Below are positions 1-12,145 of a DNA stretch of 64,000 nucleotides, piece after piece. The notes beneath the pieces are model-generated. The model was not told where the DNA came from. It was given only the letters and a program-made list of their open reading frames with translations, and did not search any database. This stretch comes from Octopus sinensis (taxonomy: Eukaryota), in the NCBI RefSeq assembly GCF_006345805.1, contig NC_043017.1:29016001-29080000 (forward strand), given 5' to 3'. The translations under genes were made by a program, and so were the position numbers. Positions within the stretch are counted from its first letter, which is position 1. Every line of letters begins with the position of its first letter.

Positions 1-597
1 TATATTTGCCCTTTAACCTTTTGTAGAGGACGTCGTAGGAGCCATGCGTGCGAGTTTGGTTTGATATATTCGTCATGGAATCACATGCTTCCAAGGTCGA
101 ACCTACTGCTCAGATCCGTGAGGTAGCGTCTTCGGCAGAATAATGTTATACATGGAAAATGCGGGAATCCTGACAGCTCGTAATCTCTGTCTATCATTCT
201 AATTCTCACCTTTCTCTCTCACTTTCTAGACAGACAGACAGACAGACAGATAGTTAGATAGATAGATAGATAGACAGACAGCAGACAGACAAATATTGAT
301 ATATAAATAGATATCTTTGAATAACATTACTTGTCCACAGCAGTTGCTGTTTCAGCTTATATTGCGACCTGTTCTATACGGTAAAATGTTCTTTCAATGG
401 AACTGACGATAAACCATTTTGAACTGAAACTGAAACGGTAAATCTTCTAGTTGAATTATACTCCAAACATATATAAGAGTCCCCAAAATTATGGCTTCTC
501 TGCCATGACTAAACCTTAAAATGAATGAATATTAATCTGGATTCCAATGCCGTTAAGTACGGATTAGATGCCTATACACAGTTTGTGAATACCCCCC

Positions 598-1430
598 CCC
601 CCAAAAAAAAAACTATTGCCCTCAAATACAGTTAACCTTCTGTTTGTGCAGCGGGATATTAAAACACCGTTCGTGCTGTGGGGTATGATTTATCCGCCAT
701 ATTTTTTTTATTAATTTTACAATTATTTATAAAAAAACCACTACCCTCAAATTCAGTTAACCTTCTGTTGGTACGGTGGGATAGTAAAATACTGTCCATG
801 CAATGGGGTGTAATATATCCCACATATTTTATTTTATTTTTTTATCAATTTTAAAATCTATATATATAAAAGTGAGGTTGTGTGGTGTCTGTCTCCTACG
901 ATTTAGATTCCTAACTACTCCCACATTTTGCGGTGCAGTTTAACCAAATGCGAGTATCTTATAGTCGTGATTCATATCGAGCCCTTCTGGATATTAGCGC
1001 GCGTCTACGATGAGTCTGCGATAAAAAAAAAATTACCATAATTTTTTCCCATTTTTTATGCATTTTGGCATATATAAGGAAGTAACTCTCTAAAAATGTA
1101 TTATTAAATCTCAGAACGTAAAAAACTACAGTAACACCCCCCTTTGTGGTTAGCCATATTGAGATGGCTATTATACTTTACATCTCTAAAAATGCTTATA
1201 TAGTTATTTCTCTTACAAATCCGATCAACGCCGGTCGATACTGCTAGTTATTTATAAAAAAAGCTACTACCCTCAAATTCAGTTCACCTTCTGTTGATAC
1301 AGCGGTATAGTAAAAGACTTTTCTTGCAGTAGGTTCTGATTTACCCCACATATTTTATTTAATTTTTAAAATTAATTTTACAATTATTTATGAGAAAACT
1401 ACTAGCCTCAAATTCAGCTAACCTTATGTT
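598..1430. repeat. Degenerate tandem minisatellite (~125-140 bp units, 3+ copies), interrupted by a Helitron-like insertion
   Basis: Motif actaccctcaaattcagttaaccttctgtt recurs near 612, 740, 1265 and 1400. Unit 2 is split by the 857-1247 element. Confidence 0.75.
857..1247 (+). mobile_element. Non-autonomous Helitron-like element (family H)
   Basis: 5' TC(TATATATAAAAGTG), 3' GC-rich hairpin then CTAG, inserted between A and T with no TSD. Five more copies in the window. Confidence 0.75.
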
Positions 1431-1722
1431 TATTGGAAGCATTCTGATGGAAATTGCACAGCAAATTGATGATACCCACTTTTCAAAGTACTAGACTTGT
1501 ATCACGTACAATTCTGTTGATCGTAACTCGAGATGCCATTTGAGTCAGGCGTAAACAATCACTTTTACACTATAATCCTACGAATAATTCACTTGATTCA
1601 AGAATTGAATATTCTGTTTAATTTTCATTTAATTTCAAATTTCTCACTTATACATATATACTATTTGGCTTTTGCTGCCGTTTCGTCAATGTAGCAGGCC
1701 AATCATAGAAGTATATTGAATA

Positions 1723-1773
<51 letters not shown>

Positions 1774-1778
1774 TTATT

Positions 1779-1818
<40 letters not shown>

Positions 1819-2177
1819 AGTGTTTTTGTTCAGAGCCCTGTTCCATAAGCTTCCGGTCGAAACGTACCAAATTTATTCTAAGATAATTACTGTGATTTAG
1901 AAATTCATTTCGGAACCAATCATTACAGGTTGTTCCTCATGGAGCGTCTTCTAGCATAAATTTAATTAGACCAATATTTTGTGATTGGAAATTGTATGAG
2001 ATTCTGTCTCATATAAGTTTATATATTTATCTAATCTATATCCGCGCATAAATAAAACATTCTCCAGCAAATAAAACCCTTGGAGCTAAAGACATTCTCA
2101 TGTAACCCCAGTCGTCAGAAATTCAGTGCCTTAGTGATTGAAAGTAAGAAACGTTTAAATACACAGCATTTTTTTTA

Positions 2178-2435
2178 CAGTGGTTGTATACTGTCATCTT
2201 AACGTGACAGTAAGGGAATTACACCACTGCTGTTTAGCCCTAGGAAGCATCGACGCTTCCAGTCGGCCTCGACACATTTCCTGTGTCCTTATATATATAT
2301 ATTTCGTAAATATATATAAGGACACAGGAAATGTGTCGAGGCCGAGAGGAAGCGTCGATGCTTCCTATGGCTAAACAGCGGTGATGTAATTCCCTTACAG
2401 GACTGTCACGTTAAGTTGACTGTATACAACCACTC
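2178..2435. mobile_element. Palindromic MITE, Tc1/mariner-like (CAGTGG terminus, TA TSD)
   Basis: Near-perfect ~260-bp fold-back, with TA at 2176-2177 and 2436-2437. Second copy at 63830-64000. Confidence 0.75.
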
Positions 2436-2560
2436 TATCGCTCCACCACCGTACATATCTCTATGAGATATTTAGAAATTTAATATTTCTGATTTTCTTT
2501 ACACCCAGCTAGATAAGAATATATTATTAAATCATAGAAACAGTCCTATGTTTTCTTTTC

Positions 2561-2761
2561 TTTTTACTTTCTTCAGTCATTAGACTGCGGCTATACTGGA
2601 ACCCGCCTTGAAGGATTTTCAGTCGAATGATTCGATCCCAGCACTTATCTTTTAAAAAAAAAACTTGTAATTAGTCTATCACTAATTACGGGAACGTAGA
2701 AACACCAATACAGATTGTGAAGCTGTGGGGGTAGAGGAACACAGACTCAAAAGCCACACAT

Positions 2762-2817
<56 letters not shown>

Positions 2818-2918
2818 AGAAGGTTGATTCGCAGCCACATGGTTCCTGGTTCAATCCCACTGCATGGCCCACAAAGCAAATGTCTTCTAGGCAACCTAGA
2901 AGACACCTCAGACCTCGT
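2561..2918. mobile_element. SINE family A fragments: 3' half on minus, (TA)n, head fragment on plus
   Basis: Matches the family A consensus seen in full copies such as 15500-15912. Confidence 0.7.
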
Positions 2919-3107
2919 TGAACCATTTATTTACTTTAATATCTATAATTTTACCCTTACGGGCTATCTTTTACTGGAAAGTAATACATTCGTATTGCAT
3001 TATTATTTTCATTGAAACTTCTTCACTGTTCTCGATCTGTTAACGTTTTGGCGCTCAGACGAGTGTACTGGTATATATGTGGCAACATTTGAAATTTTGT
3101 CTAGGTA

Positions 3108-3180
3108 AATGCAGCTGATGAAGACTAATCAAATTTACGTTGTCAAACGTATTTGAAGAGTCAGAAACCGGTCCTGCATT
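3108..3180 (+). ncRNA. Type I hammerhead ribozyme (minimal palindromic stem III)
   Basis: AATGCAG-CTGATGA-A-GACT..long hairpin..AGTC-A-GAAA-CCGG-TC-CTGCATT. Stem I is 7 bp, stem III is ACCGGT, GUC cleavage triplet at 3171-3173. Confidence 0.85.
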
Positions 3181-3392
3181 ATCCGATTCTAGGTTTTCCG
3201 TTTTTCAGATGTTCTTCCTAGAGGTAAGACAAATTTTTTTCATTTTTGTTGCACACACGCGTCTTTGCTAGTATATACGAAGTGAAGCTAAACAATAGCG
3301 TCGTATTTATTACGATTACTATTTTCCAGTAAATATCGGTGCCTCCTTGTACCATTTATTTACTTTTATATATATGTATATATACCACCACC

Positions 3393-3552
3393 AGCTTCTT
3401 CCAGTTTCCGTCTACGAAATCCCTCCAAAATGTTTTGGTCGGTCTGAGGTGTCTTCTAAGTTGCCTAGAAGACATTTGCCATGTGGGCCATGCAGTGGGA
3501 TTGATCCAGGAACCTTGAGGCTGGGAATCAATCTTCTTACCACGCAGCTACT
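3393..3552 (-). mobile_element. SINE family A 5' part
   Basis: Reverse complement of the family A head. Same variant as 2815-2918. Confidence 0.7.
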
Positions 3553-4898
3553 TCTTTTGTTTTCTTTGAGAGGATACAGTATCTCTTAAGAGAAATTTGG
3601 TTGCTTCTTCTGGCATCTGTAATCACTAAACAGACAATTCTTAATATTTCTGTATACTGTATTCTATTCAGTGTTCAACTGCTGTCTACACCAATAACCA
3701 TTAATACTCCTATCTATGTTAACATATAACATTGACTTGTATATGTATTCAGCACAGAGTGAAGTTTTACAATATCCGTATTACATGGAAACATACCTGT
3801 CTCCACACTTTTTATGCATTTTTGTTTCTTTTCAGATTTTATTTGCTGTTATGTAGTATGAAATCTATTTATTTGAATTGTCATCATTTTTATCAGGTAC
3901 CAGTTTATTTGTCTGCTGATAAGACATTTTTGCTCAAACTATTTATCGCATTGTATTTATCGTACATCGTTTGGGCTGTAGGTATTGAGTGTTCATTTAA
4001 TTTTTCCTCCATTAATGTGTTTACGCTCGAAGTCACGTCATAAATTAATGGAACCGGTAGCATTACACAATTTACAGGAGACAAAATACAATAAAATTAC
4101 CGTTAACAATGAATAAGGTGTCAGTCTGTTTCTGTTTTCTTCGTGAATTTTTTTTTCTATTCTTAATGGAGACTTTTATTCTCTGTGTAAATTGATGTTC
4201 ATGTGTGTTTAGACCCAAATAGGCTAACACAAAGCAGACTTGTGTAAAAGCTTTCCACCTGTAGCCAACCTAAATCATTTTCAGGTAATATATGCAGCAC
4301 TATATTATCAAATGTTTCTTTCATTTGTTGTGTGATGGTAAAGTGTTGGTTTAACGGTATTGATCTGATATTTCTACCAGGTAGAATTACAAAACCGAAG
4401 ATCTATCACAACTCAATCATGTTATTTGTTGTTACATATTCATGTTGTTGTTGTAAATTATTATTATTATTATTATTGTTGTTGTTCTTATTTTTTTCCT
4501 TCTTTCTTCAAATTTTCTTCCGTTTCTCGCCGAGTGTTTTCCATACACCTAGAGCAGAGAAGCTCATTGTATGCATTCCCAGATTACACACGCAAATTCA
4601 CAGATAAATATGTATTTATAAATTAATAAATAAGAATTTATTTATTATTATTATTATTGTTATTATTATTATTGTTGTTGTTGTTATTATTATTATAGAC
4701 GTCGCACAGTATACAATAAGGTTAGGTTGTTGATTGAAGATATTGTATCTACCGGTTGTTTGCACTGTTTGTCACAACAAGGACCTCAGACAGACAGTAC
4801 ACTAAACAATATGCGTGAAATTCCAAGCAATGCTAACTTTTTCAATACATCTAGATTGTAGGGTATCTATAATGTTTTCAGATGTTTTTTTTTTCCAG

Positions 4899-5020
4899 AT
4901 TGGTTGGTATTGAACCCAATACTCCGATGCGAAACTTATAGATATGATATCTTTGCATTTCCCTATTGCATATTAACGCCAATACCACGCAGATACCACG
5001 GCAAAACATTCCAACAGCAG
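4899..5020 (+). other. Candidate orphan exon (122 nt)
   Basis: ttttttttttccag acceptor and CAG|gtaagg donor. One frame is open: (D)WLVLNPILRCETYRYDIFAFPYCILTPIPRRYHGKTFQQQ. No homology recognised and no partner exons found. Confidence 0.3.
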
Positions 5021-5340
5021 GTAAGGAAATGACAAGGGAAACATTTCGATTACCTCTAAAAAATGGCGTTTACCTTTTCTCAACATTATCAATTTACAAG
5101 TTTAGATACAGAAAATAAGCCAGATTTGAAACGATGGAATAATAACGATATCCAAAATTGCTGTACAAAAATAGGTGAAAATTAGCGAAGTAGTATCAGA
5201 ACTGTACTGTATATATATATATATATTTAATTTTATAATTTGTATATATTTATTTTATAACAAAAATTAAACCACGATAGGTGAACCGTGATATGGCGAG
5301 AGAACATTCCATCATCGTCACTAAATTAGTTCCTTTAATG

Positions 5341-5560
5341 AAAGGCAGTGAGCTAGCAGAATCGTTAGCATGTTCTACGGAATGCTAAGCGGTATTTCGC
5401 CCGTCGCTACGTTCTGAGTTCAAATTCCGCCGAGGTCGACTTTGCCTTTCATCGTTTCGGTGTCGATAAATTAAGTACACGTTGAGAACTGGGGTCGATG
5501 TAATCGACTAGCCTCCTCTCCCAAAATTTCAGGTCTTGTGTCTATAGTAGAAAAGATTAT
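5341..5560 (+). mobile_element. SINE family B (tRNA-derived head)
   Basis: Head ...GAGCTAGCAGAATCGTTAGCA...GAGTTCAAATTCCGCCGAGGTCGAC followed by ctttcatc..gtcgataaattaagtac body. Confidence 0.8.
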
Positions 5561-5987
5561 GGATCTTTTCGGTTTTAACGGCAGTTGTTTCTAGCGGTGT
5601 CATATGAAATTGTCACCCATAATTATGACCCTAGAATCGATCTATTGCATTTCAATCTGTTTTCGGGTTAGGGTTAGTTAGGGTTAGGGGTGGGGGAAGG
5701 GTATCATTTTTTCTTCACAAATGTAAATAAACCCAATCTGTTTCTTAAACGAGGAACATATTCATACGGCACAGAATGTTTTTTTTACCTGAATAGACGT
5801 CACTGATTGGTTGAAATTGCAGAAATTGAAGAACAAAACAACAAATATCTTACAAACTATAGAATTTTCTCAATAAAGCTAAGAGAAAAATATATTTTAT
5901 AAACACATTCTACCATTATGCGAAATTTAAAATTTTTTAGTTACCTAGAAATTATGTTAAAAACTGCGGTTCAAACCGAAAAGATCC
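5561..5987 (+). mobile_element. MITE family M with ~29-bp TIRs, 8-bp TSD and internal TTAGGG-like tract (Merlin-like?)
   Basis: TIR GGATCTTTTCGGTTT...AAACCGAAAAGATCC. TSD aagattat at 5553-5560 and 5988-5995. Confidence 0.85.
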
Positions 5988-6804
5988 AAGATTATTTCCT
6001 TCAATGATGCATCTGTTCAATGAGGGTTAAACTGCAGTTAACGAACAAGGCATTTCATAATATATTATGAGATACAGTATATCTAAAACTGACGTTCTGG
6101 TGTATATTGAGAACGTTAATAATTTCTTTGCTTGCAAACATTACAATTTTAAATAAAAATGTGAAAATTCGATTGAATCATAACTTTTATGAATGTTTGA
6201 ATAGAAAAGGAAAACAAATAGGCATTAAGTTTTTAAGTCAATTACTTCGCTAATAATGAATAATTAAAACTTAGCGGCAATTAAATGGAAAGAAATTGGA
6301 ATTGAATTTAAAGGAAATGAAATGCGACTTTGAGTTAAGATATATGCAGTGTTCGAAAAGAAAAGAGTAAACATTATCAAGAAATATATTTGAATGTCAA
6401 TTAAAAACTACTTAAGAATCAATAAAAATAATAAATTTATGAAATGAAAACTTGTTAATGTTTCTATGTATATCTGCATGCATGTATGTGTGAGAGTAAG
6501 AGAGAGAGAGAGAGAGTGTGTGTGTGAGCTTGCAAGCACTTCTGTTATTTTTTAAATGCAGAAAGTTACAAAATACACAAGATCTGAATGTTTTGTGCAT
6601 AGAAATTATGAGTGCAGCAAAGGTCATACATGAAGCAAGTTGTTCCTGAGAGACTTTTGAAATTTTGCGTCTGATGAATAATAATAAAGCATATACCTTT
6701 ATTGCAATCAATCATTGTATCTTTTCCTTTTGTCTACTAACCCTAAATATGGTATATATGCATACTTGTGTATAGTCTTTCTTTTTACTTCTTTTAGTCA
6801 GCTA

Positions 6805-7016
6805 ATATATTTGTTGTTTTTTTCTTCAATCTCTGCAATTTCCACCAATCACTGACGTCTACTGAGGTAAAAAAAAGCATTCTGTGCCGTATGAATATGT
6901 CCATCGTTTAAGAAACATATTGGGTTTATTTACATTTGTGATACTAGGGTCATAATTATGGGTGACAATTCCATATGACACCGCTAGAAAAACTGCCGTT
7001 TAAACAGAAAAGATCC
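6805..7016 (-). mobile_element. MITE family M, partial and internally deleted
   Basis: Ends in aaaactgccgtttaaacagaaaagatcc. The TTAGGG segment is missing. Confidence 0.75.
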
Positions 7017-7295
7017 TAATTTCTTACTGAAACAAAAGACGACGTCCTCAGCGAAAAAAAAATAACAAAGCAACTATGAATAGTTGTAAAACATTCCCAT
7101 TGTAACTTCTACTTTATTCAAAATAGTAGAGTTGATATAATTATTTTCGCTAGAAAACAAAATTCAGGTATGCCCACAAAGGTCAGCGACCCACCAAACA
7201 TGGACATCGCATTGAAAATGATCGAGACCTGGAATATTTTATGTGCAATTGCATCGAAGCATAAAGGCCTTTACCGATGCATGAAGTTTTACATT

Positions 7296-7680
7296 GAGGC
7301 GCAATGGCCCAGTGGTTAGGGCAGCGGACCCGCGGTCGTAGGATCGCGGTTTCGATTCCCAGACCGGGCGTTGTGAGTGTTTATTGAGCGAAAACACCTA
7401 AAGCTCCACGAGGCTCCGGCAGGGGATGGTGGTGAACCCTGCTGTACTCTTTCACCACAACTTTCTCTCACTCTTACTTCCTGTTTCTGTTGTACCTGTA
7501 TTTCAAAAGGGCCGGCCTTGTCATTCTCTGTGTCACGCTGAATATCCCCGAGAACTACGTTAAGGGTGCACGTGTCTGTGGAGTGCTCAGCCACTTACAC
7601 GTTAATTTCACGAGCAGGCTGTTCCATTGATTCGGATCAACCGGAACCCTCGTCGTCGCAACCGACGGAGTGCTTCCACA
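7296..7680 (+). mobile_element. SINE family C, tail type 1
   Basis: tRNA-like head GAGGCGCAATGGCCCAGTGGTTAGGGC...GGTTTCGATTCCC. Tail ends ...ccgacggagtgcttccaca. Confidence 0.85.
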
Positions 7681-8269
7681 ATATTGATGCACTTGGTAGT
7701 TTTCGATAAGTTAGTATATTCTGATAAAGAACGATCCCAATTAACGGATACTTTGCATATACATTGTGTAAGCTAAGTAGGAAATACATACAAGATATTG
7801 CAAAATGCAACACTTATTATATTCTTTGCAATCCAAATTAATGCGATATAGCTTTCACTCTTGTTAGAAACCAGATCTTTCTTGTAACTATTCTTATATA
7901 TCAGCCAACAAATAAATACAAAATCAAGCAAGGAGCACGGTAACATATATAGACGTGCACACATACGGATACTTACTCATACATGAAAAAAAGGAAAAAT
8001 ATACATATGCGCAGTGCTAATTGCATTAAATGTATTCTTAACATGTAGGTTATACCGCATTCAGGTATTGTATATTTTACTAAGTTTTATCTTCTCGTGA
8101 CGAGGATTGTAGAAAAAAATTGATGTGTGACGATATACTGCTTTGTATTATATAGAATTTTAGTTCAAGAGCGAACCTAAATAGATAGATATCATATTTA
8201 GAAAATTTATATTGGGTAGGAAAATTAGGGAATTTTTATCTACCGTGAATAAAATAGTCAATACACAAC

Positions 8270-8572
8270 ATGTTTGTTCCTTCTCGAGCCACGCCTGGCT
8301 CATAAGGTCCGGTTTCCCGGTTTCCTTGGCGTAAAGGTTTCCCACCTGGACGAGACGCAGGTCCGTTGCAGGTGAGCTGCTAGATGCAGGAGGAAAGAGT
8401 GAGAGAAAATTGTAGCGAAAGAGTCAGCAGAAATGTCGCCATTACCTTCTGCCGGAGCCGCGTGGAACTTAGGTGTTTCGCTCATAAACACTCACATCGC
8501 CCGGTCTGAGATTCGAACCCGCGATCCCTCGACCGCGAATCCGCTGCTCTAACCACTAGGCCATGTTCCTCC
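8270..8572 (-). mobile_element. SINE family C, tail type 2
   Basis: Same head and body. Tail ...gaccttatgagccaggcgtggctcgagaaggaacaaac, also at 43062-43342. Confidence 0.8.
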
Positions 8573-9029
8573 ACCAATAGACAGCATATTTATCATATAA
8601 AATAAGTGTACATTTATACACAAAAAGCTGACCCTAACAGGATACCTTACATGATAAAAAGAACAGTCAATTCCCAAACCACGGTTAAGAATAGTTTCGA
8701 AATAATTCTTAACCGTGGTTTGGGATTTGACTGTTTTTTTTATCATGTAAGTTATCCTGTTAGGGTAACGTCTTTTGTGTAGAAATGTACACTTATTTTA
8801 TATGATAAATAAATAGATATTTATTTCTTAGTTTTGTTTTCATATTTTGTATGACTTAATTTAAGAATACAACATCAGGAAGAAAGCGTCAGTTGATGTC
8901 ATTACAACACAACGATCTACTTTCTGTATCGTTTATCTTATTAATATATACGTACCAAGCTGTTCAAAATACTTCAATCTTTATATATTATTGACCAGTT
9001 CACATGTTCTTACGTTCTACTAAAAGAAT

Positions 9030-9283
9030 GGTGATGACAAATGATGCTGACGACGATGATGAAAGATGATGATGAAAACGATGATGATGATGATGACGAT
9101 GGGATGATGAAATGATGATGATGATGATGATGGTGACGATGGGATGATGAGTGAAGAAATGATGATGATGATGATGATGATGCCGATGAGGATGATGTTG
9201 GTTATGATGATGACCGCGATGATGAAAGATGATGATCATGGTCATGATGATGGTCATGACGACGATGATGATGATGACGATGG

Positions 9284-9346
<63 letters not shown>

Positions 9347-9349
9347 AGC

Positions 9350-9385
<36 letters not shown>

Positions 9386-9600
9386 CGACGACGACGATGG
9401 TGATGATGGTGATAATGGTGGTGATGATGATGATGATGATCACGATGATCATGAGGGTGGTTGTGCAGGTGATGATGATGAGAAGTATCTTGACGATGAT
9501 AATCACGATCATGATGATGATGATGATCATGATAATGATGATTAAGATAATGAATGTGATGGTGATGAATGATGAATGATGATGATGACGATTACAGAGA
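9030..9600. repeat. Compound (GAT)n/(GAC)n/(GCT)n trinucleotide array
   Basis: Directly visible. It explains the poly-D, poly-M, poly-I and poly-H ORFs at 9000-9689. Confidence 0.95.
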
Positions 9601-9811
9601 TGGCAATAGCTATTACGTTCGTTCAACATCCTAACCTTTATGATGTTCATCAGAATGTTCATCATCGTTATTAAGATTACGATCGTCATCGAAGCTAGAA
9701 ATACTTACCTACACTTTCCACTTCGTTTTTCTCTCCTTCCTCATCGTCATCGTTAGTTATCAGTATCATCATTACCAGTAGCTGCACCAACACCACCACC
9801 ACCACCACTAA

Positions 9812-10267
9812 TACCTATTTCTTTATTACCCACAAGGGGCTAAACACAGAGAGGACAAACAAAGACAGACAAACGGATTAATTCGATTATATCGACCCCA
9901 GTGCGTAACTGGTATTTATTTAATCGACCCCGAAGGGATGAAAGGCTTCGGTGGAATTTGAACTCAGAACGTAGCGGCAGACGAAATACCGCTAAGCATT
10001 TCGCCCGGCTTGCAACCGATTCTGCCACTAATACCTATTTATTTATTACCCACAAGGGGCTAAACATAGAGGGGACAAACAAGGACAGACATAGGTATTA
10101 AGTCGATTACATCGACCCCAGTGCGGAACTGGTACTTAATTTATCGACCCCGAAAGGATGAAAGGCAAAGTCAACCTCGGCGGAATTTGAACTCACAACG
10201 TAACGACAGACGAAATACCGCTAAGCATTTCATCCGGCGTGCTAACGTTTCTGCCAGCTCGCCGCTA
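9812..10267 (-). mobile_element. Two adjacent SINE family B copies
   Basis: Two full body matches, 9812-10020 and 10030-10267. Confidence 0.85.
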
Positions 10268-10459
10268 ATACCAATGACAGCAACACCACCAAAAGAAACA
10301 ACACTAATACCGCCACTTCCACCATTCCTTCATCATAAATGCAAAATAGAAGAGAGGTCTGTGATATTCTAATATTTCAAATGCATATAGAATAGAAGTG
10401 ATACAGACGCAATGCGAAATGTAATGAATTACAAATATTATATAGTTAGTTAAGTTAAT

Positions 10460-10856
10460 TTTTTGGCTCAAAAAGCAAAAAGCAAGGCCATGTAGGGGGA
10501 AATAGATTTATGTACAGGGAGGGTGTTCGTGTGGAGAGTTCAGGCCATTTCTGGTCAGGAGAGACTTTGAACCGAGCGGTCGTCGGCATCTTCACTATCT
10601 CGTCCGGCAGCTTATTCTACGGATCCGCAACCCGGACGGAGAAAGCCCCTCTCCTTCGATTGAGATGAAATCGTCGCAGATAGAGCTTTTTGGAGTGACC
10701 CTGCAGCCGACGCTCTAGAGCAGGAGTGAAGAACAGATCTTTCGAGGGGTTACACTTTCCGCCAATGATGTTGTGAGCAAGAATGAGATCGCCACGGCGT
10801 CGTCGTTTTTCTAGAGAATAAAGGTCGACCGTCTTCAGCCTTTCTTCATAAAACAT
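10460..10856 (-). mobile_element. CR1/L2-group LINE 3' remnant
   Basis: YEERLKTVDLYSLEKRRRRGDLI...RLQGHSKKLY...FSVRVADP*NKLPDEIV is a typical CR1-group ORF2 C-terminus. A TAG sits in place of the usual W. Confidence 0.8.
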
Positions 10857-11364
10857 CGTGTGTCAGCAATTTGTGGAGATATATTTAAGAAGAATTAGTG
10901 GTCTAAACTTTAACTAAATATTCTCTCTGTTTGAGCCCCTGCGTGAGTGCTTTGAATCTAAATCAGGCGAAAAGAAAGGATGCCATTCTCGTCACATTTG
11001 CTGCTTACTATGACTCTGAGATTGCTACCGTCTTAAATATCGCTTGGGTTTTCGTCTTTAAATTCAGAAAATAGCAAATGGCCGCTGGTCTGGATGTATG
11101 TCTCCTGTGTTTCAAAGAATTAAAAAATAATATCGTCGGTCAGACATTGGTAAATATAAACCCTACACACATAGTTATATATGTATTTGTCTGTACGTAT
11201 GTATTATATTTATGAAGAGGGGTAAATGAGGTTTAATTATGTGTAAATTAATCCAACGATAGCAAGACAGGTGAATTTGAGTGAAATTTCAAGTGGGTTG
11301 CATTTATTCGTTTGCAGCAGTTCAAACTATTAAATAAGTATGTGGAACAGAATATGTGTAATTT

Positions 11365-11660
11365 TCTTTTACTTTTACTCTTTCACTTGTTTCAGTCACT
11401 TGACTGCGGCCATGCTGGAGCATCGCTTTAGTCGAGCAAATCGACCCCAGGACTTTTTCTTTGTAAGCGTAGTACTTATTCTATCGGTCCCTTTTGCCGA
11501 ACCACTAAGTTACGGAGGCGTAGACACACCAGTATCAGTTGTCAAGCGATTTTGACACACAAACGCACGCACACACACACACACACGCAGAGATAAGTTA
11601 GGAGTTTAACTGCTCTTTCTAGTAAGTAAGATGGCCTATTATGGCCATCTCTTATGTGTT

Positions 11661-11702
<42 letters not shown>

Positions 11703-11872
11703 ATATGTACGACGGGTTTCTTTCAGTTCCCATCTACCAAATACATTCACAAGTCTTTGGTCGGCCCGAGGCTATAGTAGAAGACACTTTCGCAAGGTGC
11801 CACGCAGTGGGACGGAACCCGGAACCATGTGGTTGGTAAGCAAGCTACTTACCACACAGCCAATCCTACGCC
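11365..11872 (-). mobile_element. SINE family A (full length, internal CA/TA microsatellite)
   Basis: Head GGCGTAGGATTGGCTGTGTGGTAAGTAGCTTGC..GGTTCCGTCCC. Tail ..tgactgaaacaagt..(gtaaaa)n. Confidence 0.85.
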
Positions 11873-12145
11873 TATGTATATATGTATATATGATATTATA
11901 TTTATATACAAATGTATATGTATATTCAGTATGCATATGTCTATATAATATGTATATGCATGTATATGCACACACACGAATAAACGTGCCACGCTGTGTA
12001 TCTATGTACGTGAAAGAAGAGTGATAGATGGGGATTAAATAGAAAGAAATTCATAAATATGTAAATCAATCTAAGATTAGTAAAAGAGAAAATGTTTGCT
12101 AAAATTTCAAGTGTATGATATTTATTCGTTTGTAGAAGTTCAAAA

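Noticed and set aside
26-123. Possible exon at the window start (GRRRSHACEFGLIYSSWNHMLPR)
   Set aside because: The donor sites are weak and no homology is recognised.
396-450. CTGACGA...GAAACGGTA hammerhead-like words
   Set aside because: No pairable stem I or stem II.
3210-3224. Micro-exon-like ttttcag|ATGTTCTTCCTAGAG|gtaaga
   Set aside because: It is only 15 nt, lies in the flank of the hammerhead element, and has no supporting partner exons.
6668-6722. CTGATGA followed by an aataaag/ctttatt hairpin
   Set aside because: No GAAA after the stem and no stem I or III.
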